Below, one piece after another: positions 15,694 to 24,496 of a stretch of 26,372 nucleotides of DNA. The stretch is from positions 1-26,372 of IMG/VR virus record IMGVR_UViG_3300005512_000285; one strand, given 5' to 3'. This DNA is from a virus. Taxonomy: Duplodnaviria > Caudoviricetes. A program made the position numbers and the translations under genes. A model generated the notes under the pieces. It was given only the letters and a program-made list of their open reading frames with translations. It was not told the origin of the DNA and did not search any database. How positions within the stretch are numbered: the stretch's first letter is position 1; each line of letters opens with the position of its first letter.

Positions 15694-16307
15694 TGGGCAG
15701 AGCGATAGACTTATTTGTAACATACCGTTTCATCAAACTGTTGACGACTCCGTTTGAGAAAACTGATGCGTTTAAAATGGGCATCATTGATAAAGACGGA
15801 AACAGAACAGATAAAAAACTGTATAAGATTGACGAAAGAAATGCTTATACGGTTTTGCATAAACTGGTATTCAATATCAAAAAGATTTTTGGTAAAGTGC
15901 CTGGCCTTAGAACTAAGGTTGGAACTTATGCCGCTGCCCTGTTTCTACTCAAAGATACTTTTAAAGAACATATCGAAGACCCTCAGATGTTTGAGAAAGA
16001 GTTTCTCAACTATCTAAAGGAAAATGATATTGAACTAGACGATTCAATTGTTGAAGAGGTAACACTAGACAATGGTAAATTATCAAAAGGAATTTATGTT
16101 CTCACACAGGATATTGTAACTGGTGGTGAGGATGAAGATGAAATCGAAGCCATTACAGGTGATGAGGTAGAGGTGTTTGAAGACACGCCTCCAGCTGACA
16201 CTATTTTGGGTGTCGATGTTTTTCCTGTTATTCACAAGAAAACTAAACAAAAGATTTTTGTGAGTGCAGAAGATATTAAGGAAGTGGAAATAGGGGATCT
16301 ATTATGA
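15693..16307 (+). CDS. Conserved T4-like hypothetical protein (gp61.1-like, tentative)
   Basis: YRFIKLLTTPFEKTDAFKMGIIDKDGN N-terminal block; upstream of primase. Confidence 0.6.
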   Translation: MGRAIDLFVTYRFIKLLTTPFEKTDAFKMGIIDKDGNRTDKKLYKIDERNAYTVLHKLVFNIKKIFGKVPGLRTKVGTYAAALFLLKDTFKEHIEDPQMFEKEFLNYLKENDIELDDSIVEEVTLDNGKLSKGIYVLTQDIVTGGEDEDEIEAITGDEVEVFEDTPPADTILGVDVFPVIHKKTKQKIFVSAEDIKEVEIGDLL

Positions 16308-16810
16308 GTCTAAAATTCGATGACATAATGAAGAAATTCTATTCTGATCCTAAATTGGGTATTCAAACAGAGGAAGTGCCTGCTAATAATGCAAGTAGTG
16401 GTGCAGTCTCTATGCCGCCCGATGCAGCGATTAAGAAGAAAAAGAAAAATCCATATGATGGTAGAACTAAAGAAGCACGACAGTTTTTCCAGAGAATGGC
16501 AGAACGTAAAGCAAAACGTGAAGAGAAATCAAAATTAACAAAACAGGTTCAAGAGAACACTTTAGAAAGAGCATCACATCTTGCAGAAGATAATGTGGAT
16601 GTTCTAAAGAACATTGTAAAGAACAAACAACACCAGAACATCAAGTTCAAAGATGGTAATATGAAGGTTGACTTGTTCACTGCCTCTGCTATCACACAGG
16701 TTTTCGATATGGTTAATAAATCTAACCAAGATAAAATGAAAAAGATGTTAAACGGCAAAAAGGCAGAATTTATGAAGATTGCTGATTTTGCACTAAGTAA
16801 GGTAAAGTAA
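16304..16810 (+). CDS. Lys-rich hypothetical protein, possibly an internal head protein
   Basis: 168 aa; HLAE candidate processing site before a compact C-terminal module. Confidence 0.6.
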   Translation: MSLKFDDIMKKFYSDPKLGIQTEEVPANNASSGAVSMPPDAAIKKKKKNPYDGRTKEARQFFQRMAERKAKREEKSKLTKQVQENTLERASHLAEDNVDVLKNIVKNKQHQNIKFKDGNMKVDLFTASAITQVFDMVNKSNQDKMKKMLNGKKAEFMKIADFALSKVK

Positions 16811-16811
16811 A

Positions 16812-17612
16812 ATGGCACAGTATAGTAAGTATACTAACGCATATATCCCACAACAGACGACTAACCATGAAGTAGTGATGATTGCAGACCAAGATGGTAA
16901 TATCATCAATACATTTGGTGCTGCATCTAATGTGATTATTGCGGCCGGTGGACTTGCTGGATACACTGGTGTTCACAAATATGGTGCAGTATATGGAACT
17001 GCACTATCAACATTCTCAACTGTATGGACTGCGGCAGACACATCTGCAACTGCACTATACAATTGGGGGCATTCTGCTGGAACACTCTCTGTAGTTTCTA
17101 CAAGTGGTTCTGATGTTACTGATGTTACCGTTCAAGGATTGGATGCTAACTATAACTTTGTAGAAGAGACATTGACACTTACTGGAACAACACCAGTTGT
17201 TGGTTCTACATCATTTACAAGAGTCAATCGTGCATTTATGAATACTGCAACAAACGTGGGTAAAATTCAAGCATCTATTGGTGGAACAGTTGTAACACAG
17301 ATTGGTGCTGGGTTTGGACAGACACTACAGTGTTTCTATACTATCCCTGCTGGTAAAACTGGATATATGACTAACATCAATGCGTCTGCAAGTAAAAACC
17401 AAGCAACTGACTTGTTCTTATTTCAAAGGCCTTTCGGTGGTGCATTTAGAGTTGCATCCGCACTATCATTGAACCAAAGTAATCAATCAATTGAGTTTGC
17501 AGTTCCTCTAAAATTCACAGAGAAAACAGACATTGATTTGAGGGTTAAAGGTTCAAGTAATGCAACAATATCTGCTGACTTTACAATCATTCTGGTGGAT
17601 AATACAGTATAA
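16812..17612 (+). CDS. Putative structural beta-rich protein
   Basis: 266 aa, T/S/G/A/V-rich; GLDANYNFVEETLTLTGTTPV and YTIPAGKTGY motifs. Confidence 0.55.
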   Translation: MAQYSKYTNAYIPQQTTNHEVVMIADQDGNIINTFGAASNVIIAAGGLAGYTGVHKYGAVYGTALSTFSTVWTAADTSATALYNWGHSAGTLSVVSTSGSDVTDVTVQGLDANYNFVEETLTLTGTTPVVGSTSFTRVNRAFMNTATNVGKIQASIGGTVVTQIGAGFGQTLQCFYTIPAGKTGYMTNINASASKNQATDLFLFQRPFGGAFRVASALSLNQSNQSIEFAVPLKFTEKTDIDLRVKGSSNATISADFTIILVDNTV

Positions 17613-18064
17613 TGAAAACTTTCAAACAATTTAACGAACAGTCATACTCTGGTGTTCCTTTTGGAACATATCATCCTATTGCAGATTTGAATGCTGCCGC
17701 TGGTGACGCACAGATTTCTAAATCAGATTTAGACAACGTAGAGAAGTACGCTGACAGACTATATAAAGCAGTAGGTATTGATGTTGAATTTACTCGACAC
17801 TTCCTAGACAGAGTGAATGATGCGAGAAACAAGAAACAGATTACTGTGGCAGAACTTATTAGATTGTTCAAACAGTCTTTTAAGAAACATGGTAAAAAGA
17901 TTGCGGCACTTGGCCCAGATGCTGAAGCCGTTTTGAATGATATGCAAACCGATGTGAATATGCCTTTTGCGTTAAAATGGGATGGGAAAGAATTAGACTT
18001 AATTGCAAAGACTGTAATGAGAAAACCAAACTTTGCAACATCTAATCAGAAACTATCTTTTTAA
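17612..18064 (+). CDS. Hypothetical protein with CTS-like N-terminus; possible BECR/RelE-like RNase fold
   Basis: MKTFKQFNE start; VEFTRHFLDRVND...R and terminal IAKTVMRK strand. Confidence 0.55.
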   Translation: MKTFKQFNEQSYSGVPFGTYHPIADLNAAAGDAQISKSDLDNVEKYADRLYKAVGIDVEFTRHFLDRVNDARNKKQITVAELIRLFKQSFKKHGKKIAALGPDAEAVLNDMQTDVNMPFALKWDGKELDLIAKTVMRKPNFATSNQKLSF

Positions 18065-18074
18065 GGAGAATAAA

Positions 18075-18236
18075 ATGAAAAATTGGATTAAAGCAAGAAT
18101 CGAAGAAAGAACATCTTGGGATGGTGCCGCACTTGTGGCAGTAGGAGTAATCGTATTGATTGCAGGCCCAATTGCAGACGTTGCTGCCTATATTGCGATA
18201 TTATATGGCGCATGGACAATTTGGAAGTCTGAATAA
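18075..18236 (+). CDS. Small membrane protein, putative holin (53 aa)
   Basis: SD TAAGGAG, ATG 18075; two hydrophobic segments; upstream of spanin-like genes. Confidence 0.5.
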   Translation: MKNWIKARIEERTSWDGAALVAVGVIVLIAGPIADVAAYIAILYGAWTIWKSE

Positions 18237-18334
18237 TGTTTAAGTGGTTTATGAAATTGTGGAATTTTGAACACACAGGTGATTTGTCAAAACATAGATT
18301 GTATACCACAAGATATGAGGATTTGTGTAAATAA
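18236..18334 (+). CDS. Small ORF (32 aa), not in the ORF track
   Basis: MFKWFMKLWNFEHTGDLSKHRLYTTRYEDLCK*; TAATG overlap upstream and abuts the next ATG. Confidence 0.45.
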   Translation: MFKWFMKLWNFEHTGDLSKHRLYTTRYEDLCK

Positions 18335-18727
18335 ATGATTAAACTATACGGAATTATTATTCTCGTAGCAATATTGGGTGGTGTAGGTTATGGTGCAAAA
18401 TACTATTACGACACCACCCAAAATACTATTGCACAATTGCGTGAGAATAATGCAAAACTAGAAACTGCAAATCAGTTAAACCAAGAAACAATTGCACAAC
18501 AACAAAAAGATGCAATCCAATTGGCAGAATTGAATAATCAATTGACAGTAGATTTGCAAAAGGCAGAGCAGTATGGAGATGAGCTTCGTGCTACTCTTAA
18601 TAAACATGATTTGACCCACTTGGCAAACAAGAAGCCTGGGTTGATAGAACGAAGGATGCAAAATGCGACAGACAAGTTATGGGATGATTTGGAGTCTCTT
18701 ACTAGTAACAGCACTACTTCTGACTAG
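18335..18727 (+). CDS. Putative inner-membrane spanin (Rz-like)
   Basis: N-terminal TM helix followed by a long coiled coil. Confidence 0.7.
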   Translation: MIKLYGIIILVAILGGVGYGAKYYYDTTQNTIAQLRENNAKLETANQLNQETIAQQQKDAIQLAELNNQLTVDLQKAEQYGDELRATLNKHDLTHLANKKPGLIERRMQNATDKLWDDLESLTSNSTTSD

Positions 18728-19061
18728 TGGGTGTTCTACCTTTAGACCAGAACCTAAAGTTGTTACAGTAACACAAATAGTTGAAAAGAATATTCCAACT
18801 GTTCCTCATCCAAAGAGCGTTCAATTAAATGATGTTAAAATTTATGTAGTTTCAAAAGAGAACTACGAAGAGTTCATTGCAGAGTTTGAGTCAAAGAATG
18901 GTGCAGATGCTTATATTGCAATATCTGTAAAAGACTATGAAAATTTGTCGTTAAATTTTGCTGAACTTAGACGATACATAGAACAACAAAAACAAATAAT
19001 CTTATACTATGAAGAAGCAGTGAAGCCTTCTGAACCAGTGGTGGAACAGAAGGAAGAATAA
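18663..19061 (+). CDS. Putative outer-membrane spanin lipoprotein (Rz1-like)
   Basis: Signal peptide with lipobox LTSG-C, Pro-containing mature region, start overlaps the 3' end of the i-spanin. Confidence 0.7.
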   Translation: MRQTSYGMIWSLLLVTALLLTSGCSTFRPEPKVVTVTQIVEKNIPTVPHPKSVQLNDVKIYVVSKENYEEFIAEFESKNGADAYIAISVKDYENLSLNFAELRRYIEQQKQIILYYEEAVKPSEPVVEQKEE

Positions 19062-19078
19062 ATTCATAGGAGAAAGAG

Positions 19079-19660
19079 ATGGATTTCATTTTAGAGCAAC
19101 TTGTCACATGGTGGCAGTTTACAGTTGTTGGAATACTCATCATTATCGGATACATCATCAACCTCTTTGATGATAAAGAACACAAAGAAAGAGTCGGTTT
19201 CACCTACAAAGAAATGCCAAAGATGCAACCAATCCCAATCCCAACAAAGGGAAAAGGATTTTGGGGTGCTATTTGGATGTGGTTGACAGGAACAAGACAT
19301 TGGGTAATTGCAGAAGACTTTGAGTTTACAATCAAAGGTGATATCTATATTATTCCCAAAGGGTTTCAGTTTGATGGTGCATCAATTCCTAAGTTTCTGC
19401 ACACATGGTTGTCCCCAACAGGAGTATTGTTGATGGGTGGACTTGTCCATGACTATGCATATAAGTATGCAACACTGAAGAAAAAAGGTAAGGGAACTAT
19501 GGGAACTCTTGACCAAAGACAGGCTGATGTAATCTTCAGAGATATAAATATAGAGATAAATGGATTTAAGTTTTTGAATTATCTTGCATACTGGGCATTA
19601 AGAATTGGTGGGTTTGTTGCATGGAACGGACACCGAAAGAATAATGCTAAAATTAAATAA
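19079..19660 (+). CDS. DUF1353-like protein with N-terminal membrane anchor
   Basis: IPKGFQFDGASIP, LVHDYAY, ADVIFR, Y.ALRIGG motifs; N-terminal hydrophobic helix. Confidence 0.7.
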   Translation: MDFILEQLVTWWQFTVVGILIIIGYIINLFDDKEHKERVGFTYKEMPKMQPIPIPTKGKGFWGAIWMWLTGTRHWVIAEDFEFTIKGDIYIIPKGFQFDGASIPKFLHTWLSPTGVLLMGGLVHDYAYKYATLKKKGKGTMGTLDQRQADVIFRDINIEINGFKFLNYLAYWALRIGGFVAWNGHRKNNAKIK

Positions 19661-19665
19661 TAAAC

Positions 19666-19702
19666 TTGACACTGGTTGTAGTCAAATTATAACTAGTGTC
19701 AA
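19666..19702. repeat. 15-bp imperfect inverted repeat / hairpin
   Basis: TTGACACTGGTTGTA-gtcaaat-TATAACTAGTGTCAA; both mismatches are G-U pairs in the + strand RNA. Confidence 0.7.
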
Positions 19703-19745
19703 AATCTTGAACAACCCTAAATAACTAAAAGGTATAAGACTTGCA

Positions 19746-20198
19746 ATGGCTACAGTAAAGACAATTGAAACGGAAGTCGAACTTCTCAAAAGAGAAGTTG
19801 CTGACATGAAACAGATTCATCTTAGACTTGATTCGGCAATCGAAAAGATCGCAGATGTTTCTCAGTCTTTGCACACCATCATGGCTGTGCATGAAGAAAA
19901 ACTAGTCCGACAGGAAGAGGCATTGGAAGAACAAGAAAAAGAATTTAGGGATAATATTCAAGAGTTGCATTCTAGAATAACAACCAATGCCAAAGAAACC
20001 TCTCAGCACATGACTGAGATGGAGCGCAGACTTGTGGACGCTATGAACGAACATAATCGCAAGGAAACTGAACAGTTTCTAAAGTTGCGTGAAGAATTAT
20101 CAACCAGAGTAGGCATACTGGAAAAGTGGCGATGGATCATTATTGGTGGATCTATCGTTGTTGGATTTGTCATCCAAAAACTCCCAATATGGGGGTAA
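19746..20198 (+). CDS. Coiled-coil protein with C-terminal transmembrane helix
   Basis: Long heptad repeats then LEKWRWIIIGGSIVVGFVI; possible late-promoter variant CCTAAATA at 19716-19723. Confidence 0.7.
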   Translation: MATVKTIETEVELLKREVADMKQIHLRLDSAIEKIADVSQSLHTIMAVHEEKLVRQEEALEEQEKEFRDNIQELHSRITTNAKETSQHMTEMERRLVDAMNEHNRKETEQFLKLREELSTRVGILEKWRWIIIGGSIVVGFVIQKLPIWG

Positions 20199-20207
20199 GA
20201 AAATCTA

Positions 20208-20236
20208 TTGACAAGTGAGGTGAAACACTGTATATT
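20208..20236 (+). promoter_or_regulatory. sigma70-type promoter of the primase/nrd operon
   Basis: TTGACA 20208-20213, 17 nt, TATATT 20231-20236. Confidence 0.7.
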
Positions 20237-20243
20237 ATGACTT

Positions 20244-21263
20244 ATGAATTACATAGACACAAAGTATATTTCCCTAATCAGTCATAGACTAAGGAACTTC
20301 ACCAAGAAGGGTGATTACCTATGGAATTTCTCTTGCCCATTCTGTGGCGATTCACAGAAGAACCAGAGGAAGGCAAGAGGGTTTGTGTATAGGACTAAGA
20401 ATGACCTTTTCTACAAGTGTCATAACTGTTCGCATGGAACAAACCTATCTAAACTGATAGAATATGTGGATGCTCCTTTACACAAGGAATATGTCCTTGA
20501 ACGATACAAGGAAGGACTTACATCCAATGGTCGAGGAGATAAGACACCTGGCGCTGGTATTCAGAACCCTAAATTTGATTTCAAGAAACCTATCTTCAAA
20601 ACTTTTGATGGGTTGAAGTCTTTTGCAGAACTTGAAGAAAATCACCCAGCTGTTAAATTTTTATCTAAAAGATCGTTGCCTAAAGAAGCGTGGAATGATA
20701 TATATTTCTGTCCAAACTTTTTTGAGTTCAGTAATACACTGATTGAAAACAAGTTCCCTTCCTTAGAAGGTGACCATCCTAGAATGATTATACCATTCAG
20801 AACACAGGACGGTGAAATCTTTGCATATCAAGGAAGGGCGTTTGGTAAAGAAAAACAAAAATACATCACAATCATTCTGGATAAAAATCATCCGAAAATG
20901 TTTGGGTTGGATAGGGTTGACACTACTAGGAATTTTTATGTCGTGGAAGGCCCCTTTGATAGTCTTTTTATACAGAATTGTGTTGCAGTTGCTCAAAGTG
21001 ATTTACGACTACCTCAGTTCAAAAATCAAGCAGTTCTTGTTCCCGACAATGAACCAAGAAATAAAGAAGTCTGCCGACAAATAGAACGATGTATTAAAGA
21101 TGGATACAGAGTTGTTCTTTGGCCTAAAGGCACAGAAGAAAAAGATATAAATGATATGATTCTTTCTGGAAAAACTCCAGAAGAGATTCAGATGATTATA
21201 CATAGTAACACCCATTCGGGATTACAAGCACAAACCGTTTTCAATTCTTGGAAACGCATATAA
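20244..21263 (+). CDS. 61: DNA primase (T4 gp61)
   Basis: Zinc finger CPFCGDS...KARG...YKCHNC; YQGR; TOPRIM VVEGPFDSLF, PDNEPRN, KDIND. Confidence 0.96.
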   Translation: MNYIDTKYISLISHRLRNFTKKGDYLWNFSCPFCGDSQKNQRKARGFVYRTKNDLFYKCHNCSHGTNLSKLIEYVDAPLHKEYVLERYKEGLTSNGRGDKTPGAGIQNPKFDFKKPIFKTFDGLKSFAELEENHPAVKFLSKRSLPKEAWNDIYFCPNFFEFSNTLIENKFPSLEGDHPRMIIPFRTQDGEIFAYQGRAFGKEKQKYITIILDKNHPKMFGLDRVDTTRNFYVVEGPFDSLFIQNCVAVAQSDLRLPQFKNQAVLVPDNEPRNKEVCRQIERCIKDGYRVVLWPKGTEEKDINDMILSGKTPEEIQMIIHSNTHSGLQAQTVFNSWKRI

Positions 21264-21282
21264 GATAACAGGAGAACAAACC

Positions 21283-23106
21283 ATGAGCCTTGCAGAAGTT
21301 TATACTTTTCCCAAGGCCGAGGGAGAGACAGGTCTCGACCACCTCGGCATCGCAATCGACAGAAATAGAGACAAAGAATTATCAGAACAAGCATATAAAC
21401 TACTCAAGGATTATTATTGTAACTCAGACGAAGATTCTCCACAACAGGCATTTGCTCGTGCATCAGTAGCATATTGTGCTGGTGATATGGAACTTGCACA
21501 AAGAATCTATGACTATGTTTCTAAGGGTTGGTTTATGTTTGCATCACCAGTATTGTCAAACGCACCTCGGCCTGGCGAGAAAGCAAAGGCACTTCCTATT
21601 TCATGTTTTCTAACCTATGTACCAGATTCACTTGAAGGACTAATCGACCACTCAGCAGAGTTGCGTTGGTTGTCAGTCAAAGGTGGTGGTGTTGGTGGAC
21701 ACTGGAGCGACATCAGAGCAATCTCTGACAAGGCGCCCGGCCCAATGCCGTTTCTTCATACCGTAGATGCAGACATGACTGCTTACCGTCAAGGTAAAAC
21801 TCGTAAGGGTTCTTATGCAGCATACATGGATGTATCACACCCAGACATTATTGAGTTCTTGAACATGAGAGTTCCAACTGGTGACGTAAACAGAAAGAAC
21901 CTAAACCTACACCATGCAATCAATATTACAGATGCATTTATGAGAGCAGTAGAAAGAGGAGAGATGTGGGATTTGCGTGATCCTAATGATTCGGATGTTC
22001 GTGAGTCGATGCCTGCAAGAACTCTATGGCAACAAATTCTAGAAGTTCGTTACAGAACTGGTGAACCATACCTTAACTTTATTGATACTGCAAATCGTGC
22101 CCTTCCTCATACAATGAAGGCAAAAGGGTTGAAGATTCATGGTTCTAATCTATGTAACGAAATTCATCTACCAACCTCAGAAGATAGAACAGCTGTATGT
22201 TGCCTCTCTTCTCTCAACTTGGAAAAATATGATGATTGGAAAGAAACGAACATGGTTCGTGATCTTATTCGTTTCTTGGACAATGTTCTGCAATTTTTTA
22301 TTGATAACGCTGGAGATGAAATCAGTCGTGCAAGATATTCAGCAACACAAGAGCGTAGTCTTGGACTAGGTGCAATGGGTTGGCATTCACTTCTACACCA
22401 GAAGAGAATTGCTTTTGATTCTTTTGAAGCAAGAGAACTAAACCACAGAGTGTTCAAGTTCATTAAAGAGGAAGCTGTAAAAGAATCAAATACACTTGGA
22501 TTTGAAAGAGGTGAGGCTCCAGATATGCAAGGAACAGGTAGACGTAATGCACATCTACTTGCAATCGCTCCGAATGCAAACTCTTCTATTATTGTTTCGA
22601 CTTCACCATCTATTGAACCATCAAAGGCAAATGCATATACACACAGAACTCGTGCTGGTTCACATTTGGTGAAGAATAAATACTTAGAACAGGAACTAGA
22701 CAAACTAGGAAAGAACACACAAGATGTTTGGTCAAGTATTATCACTAATGGCGGATCAGTCCAACACCTCGACTTCTTATCGGACGGAATCAAAGATGTT
22801 TTCAAAACAGCGATTGAACTCGATCAACTGGTGTTGGTGGAACAAGCCGCAGACAGACAAGAATATCTCTGTCAAGGACAATCCCTAAATCTATTTTTCC
22901 CTGCTGGTGCAGAAAAGAAAGACTTACATCGTGCCCACTTTGCTGCATGGAAGTTGGGAACGAAGGGATTGTATTACCTTAGAACAGAGACATCACAAAG
23001 AGCAGAGAATGTTGCAAAGAAAGTAACAAGAGAAGCTCTTGCAGATTTTGAAACACAAACAATGGAAGCACAATCACAAGACGAATGTGTTGCCTGTCAA
23101 GGATAG
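21283..23106 (+). CDS. nrdA: Ribonucleotide reductase class I alpha subunit, short form
   Basis: PISCF, GGGVG, SNLCNEI, VCCLSS, APNANSS, KGLYYLR, C-terminal CVACQG. Confidence 0.96.
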   Translation: MSLAEVYTFPKAEGETGLDHLGIAIDRNRDKELSEQAYKLLKDYYCNSDEDSPQQAFARASVAYCAGDMELAQRIYDYVSKGWFMFASPVLSNAPRPGEKAKALPISCFLTYVPDSLEGLIDHSAELRWLSVKGGGVGGHWSDIRAISDKAPGPMPFLHTVDADMTAYRQGKTRKGSYAAYMDVSHPDIIEFLNMRVPTGDVNRKNLNLHHAINITDAFMRAVERGEMWDLRDPNDSDVRESMPARTLWQQILEVRYRTGEPYLNFIDTANRALPHTMKAKGLKIHGSNLCNEIHLPTSEDRTAVCCLSSLNLEKYDDWKETNMVRDLIRFLDNVLQFFIDNAGDEISRARYSATQERSLGLGAMGWHSLLHQKRIAFDSFEARELNHRVFKFIKEEAVKESNTLGFERGEAPDMQGTGRRNAHLLAIAPNANSSIIVSTSPSIEPSKANAYTHRTRAGSHLVKNKYLEQELDKLGKNTQDVWSSIITNGGSVQHLDFLSDGIKDVFKTAIELDQLVLVEQAADRQEYLCQGQSLNLFFPAGAEKKDLHRAHFAAWKLGTKGLYYLRTETSQRAENVAKKVTREALADFETQTMEAQSQDECVACQG

Positions 23107-23116
23107 AGGAAGAGAT

Positions 23117-24322
23117 ATGAAAGTAGAAATTTATAGTAAATCACATTGTCCTTTTTGCGAAAAGGCAAAAAAATGGTTTAACGATCATGGATATGAATAT
23201 ACAGAATATAAACTAGATAATGATGAAGAGAGACTTGCATTCTATCAAAAAGTGCCAGGCGCTCGTTCTGTTCCTCAAATCTTTATTGATGATAAGTTAA
23301 TTGGCACATACGACCAGTTCATGGCAGTATCAGAACAGTATGTAAAGAAGCGTGGTGGTGGACTGATGGTATTCTCAGAAACCTACAAACCATTCCACTA
23401 TCCTTGGGCTGTTGAAATCACAACAAGACACGAGAAAGTTCACTGGATTGAAGATGAACTTGACTTGTCTGAAGATGTTGCAGACTGGAAGTCTGGTAAG
23501 GTAAGTGCAATTGAGAAGGAGTATATTACAAACATTCTAAGACTATTCACACAATCAGATGTTGCAGTTGGACAGAACTATTATGACCAGTTGATTCCAA
23601 AGTTCAAGAATAACGAAGTAAGAAATATGCTTGGTTCATTTGCAAACAGAGAAGCGATTCATCAAAGAGCATATGCACTACTGAATGAAACACTTGGACT
23701 ATCTGATGCAGAATACCATGCCTTCCTAGAATATACAGAGATGGCAGATAAGATTGACTTTATGATGGATAGTGATCCTAATACAGTCAAAGGACTTGCG
23801 CTTGCAATGGCAAAGTCAGTGATGAATGAGGGTATCGCTCTCTTTGCATCATTTGTCATGCTTCTTAACTTCCAGCGTTTCGGTAAGATGAAAGGTATGG
23901 GTAAAGTTGTTGAGTGGAGTATTCGTGACGAATCTATTCATGTGGAAGGTATTGCAAAACTATTCAAGGCATACTGTGCAGAACATCCAAAGATTGTGAA
24001 CGATGAGTTCAAGGCAACAATCTATGAGATGGCAAGACAGGCAGTTAAACTTGAAGATGCATTTGTCGACCTTGCATATAAACTTGGTAACATTGAAGGA
24101 CTAGACGAAAAAGAAGTCAAACAATATGTCAGATATATAACAGACAGAAGGTTGATTCAACTAGGACTAAAAGGTAACTACAAGGTAAAAGATAATCCAT
24201 TGCCATGGCTCGAGTGGGTTCTAAATGGTGCAGACCATACGAACTTCTTTGAGAACAGAGTAACCGAATATGAGGTTGCTGGACTTAGTGGTAAGTGGGA
24301 TGATGTCTACGAAGCCGCATAG
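23117..24322 (+). CDS. nrdB: Glutaredoxin-ribonucleotide reductase beta subunit fusion
   Basis: ATG 23117 after GAGGAAG; Grx IYSKSHCPFC...SVPQIFI...IG; R2 ligands QSDV, REAIH, radical Tyr (QRAY), NEG, DESIH; NFFE...EY tail. Confidence 0.95.
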   Translation: MKVEIYSKSHCPFCEKAKKWFNDHGYEYTEYKLDNDEERLAFYQKVPGARSVPQIFIDDKLIGTYDQFMAVSEQYVKKRGGGLMVFSETYKPFHYPWAVEITTRHEKVHWIEDELDLSEDVADWKSGKVSAIEKEYITNILRLFTQSDVAVGQNYYDQLIPKFKNNEVRNMLGSFANREAIHQRAYALLNETLGLSDAEYHAFLEYTEMADKIDFMMDSDPNTVKGLALAMAKSVMNEGIALFASFVMLLNFQRFGKMKGMGKVVEWSIRDESIHVEGIAKLFKAYCAEHPKIVNDEFKATIYEMARQAVKLEDAFVDLAYKLGNIEGLDEKEVKQYVRYITDRRLIQLGLKGNYKVKDNPLPWLEWVLNGADHTNFFENRVTEYEVAGLSGKWDDVYEAA

Positions 24323-24331
24323 AGGATATTA

Positions 24332-24496
24332 ATGAGTAGAAAAATAATAGTTTGCGAGGGATGTGATGCAGTATTCAAAATCCAACATGAAATGGATGAA
24401 CACTTCTACTCAGTCGAGCATTGTCCATTTTGTGGTGACACACTAAATAGTGATAACGAAGATGAATTGTTTGATGAAGATAATGAATGGGAATGA
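24332..24496 (+). CDS. Small zinc-ribbon protein with acidic tail (54 aa), not in the ORF track
   Basis: SD GAGGA; MSRKIIVCEGCDAVF...HCPFCGDTLNSDNEDELFDEDNEWE*; ATGA overlap with next gene. Confidence 0.75.
   Translation: MSRKIIVCEGCDAVFKIQHEMDEHFYSVEHCPFCGDTLNSDNEDELFDEDNEWE

Noticed and set aside
972-22369. Short alternative-frame + strand ORFs nested in larger genes (972, 3308, 4955, 5642, 8495, 9956, 15754, 19101, 20812, 22139)
   Set aside because: Fully embedded in conserved genes with no recognisable motifs.
2044-23116. Track start sites 2044, 5984, 12257, 18033 and 23039
   Set aside because: Downstream ATGs (2089, 6095, 12350, 18075, 23117) have better SD context or avoid long overlaps.
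21283-24322. Introns or inteins in nrdA/nrdB (also considered for gp41 and gp61)
   Set aside because: Frames are continuous, of normal or short length, with no intein or homing-endonuclease insertions visible.
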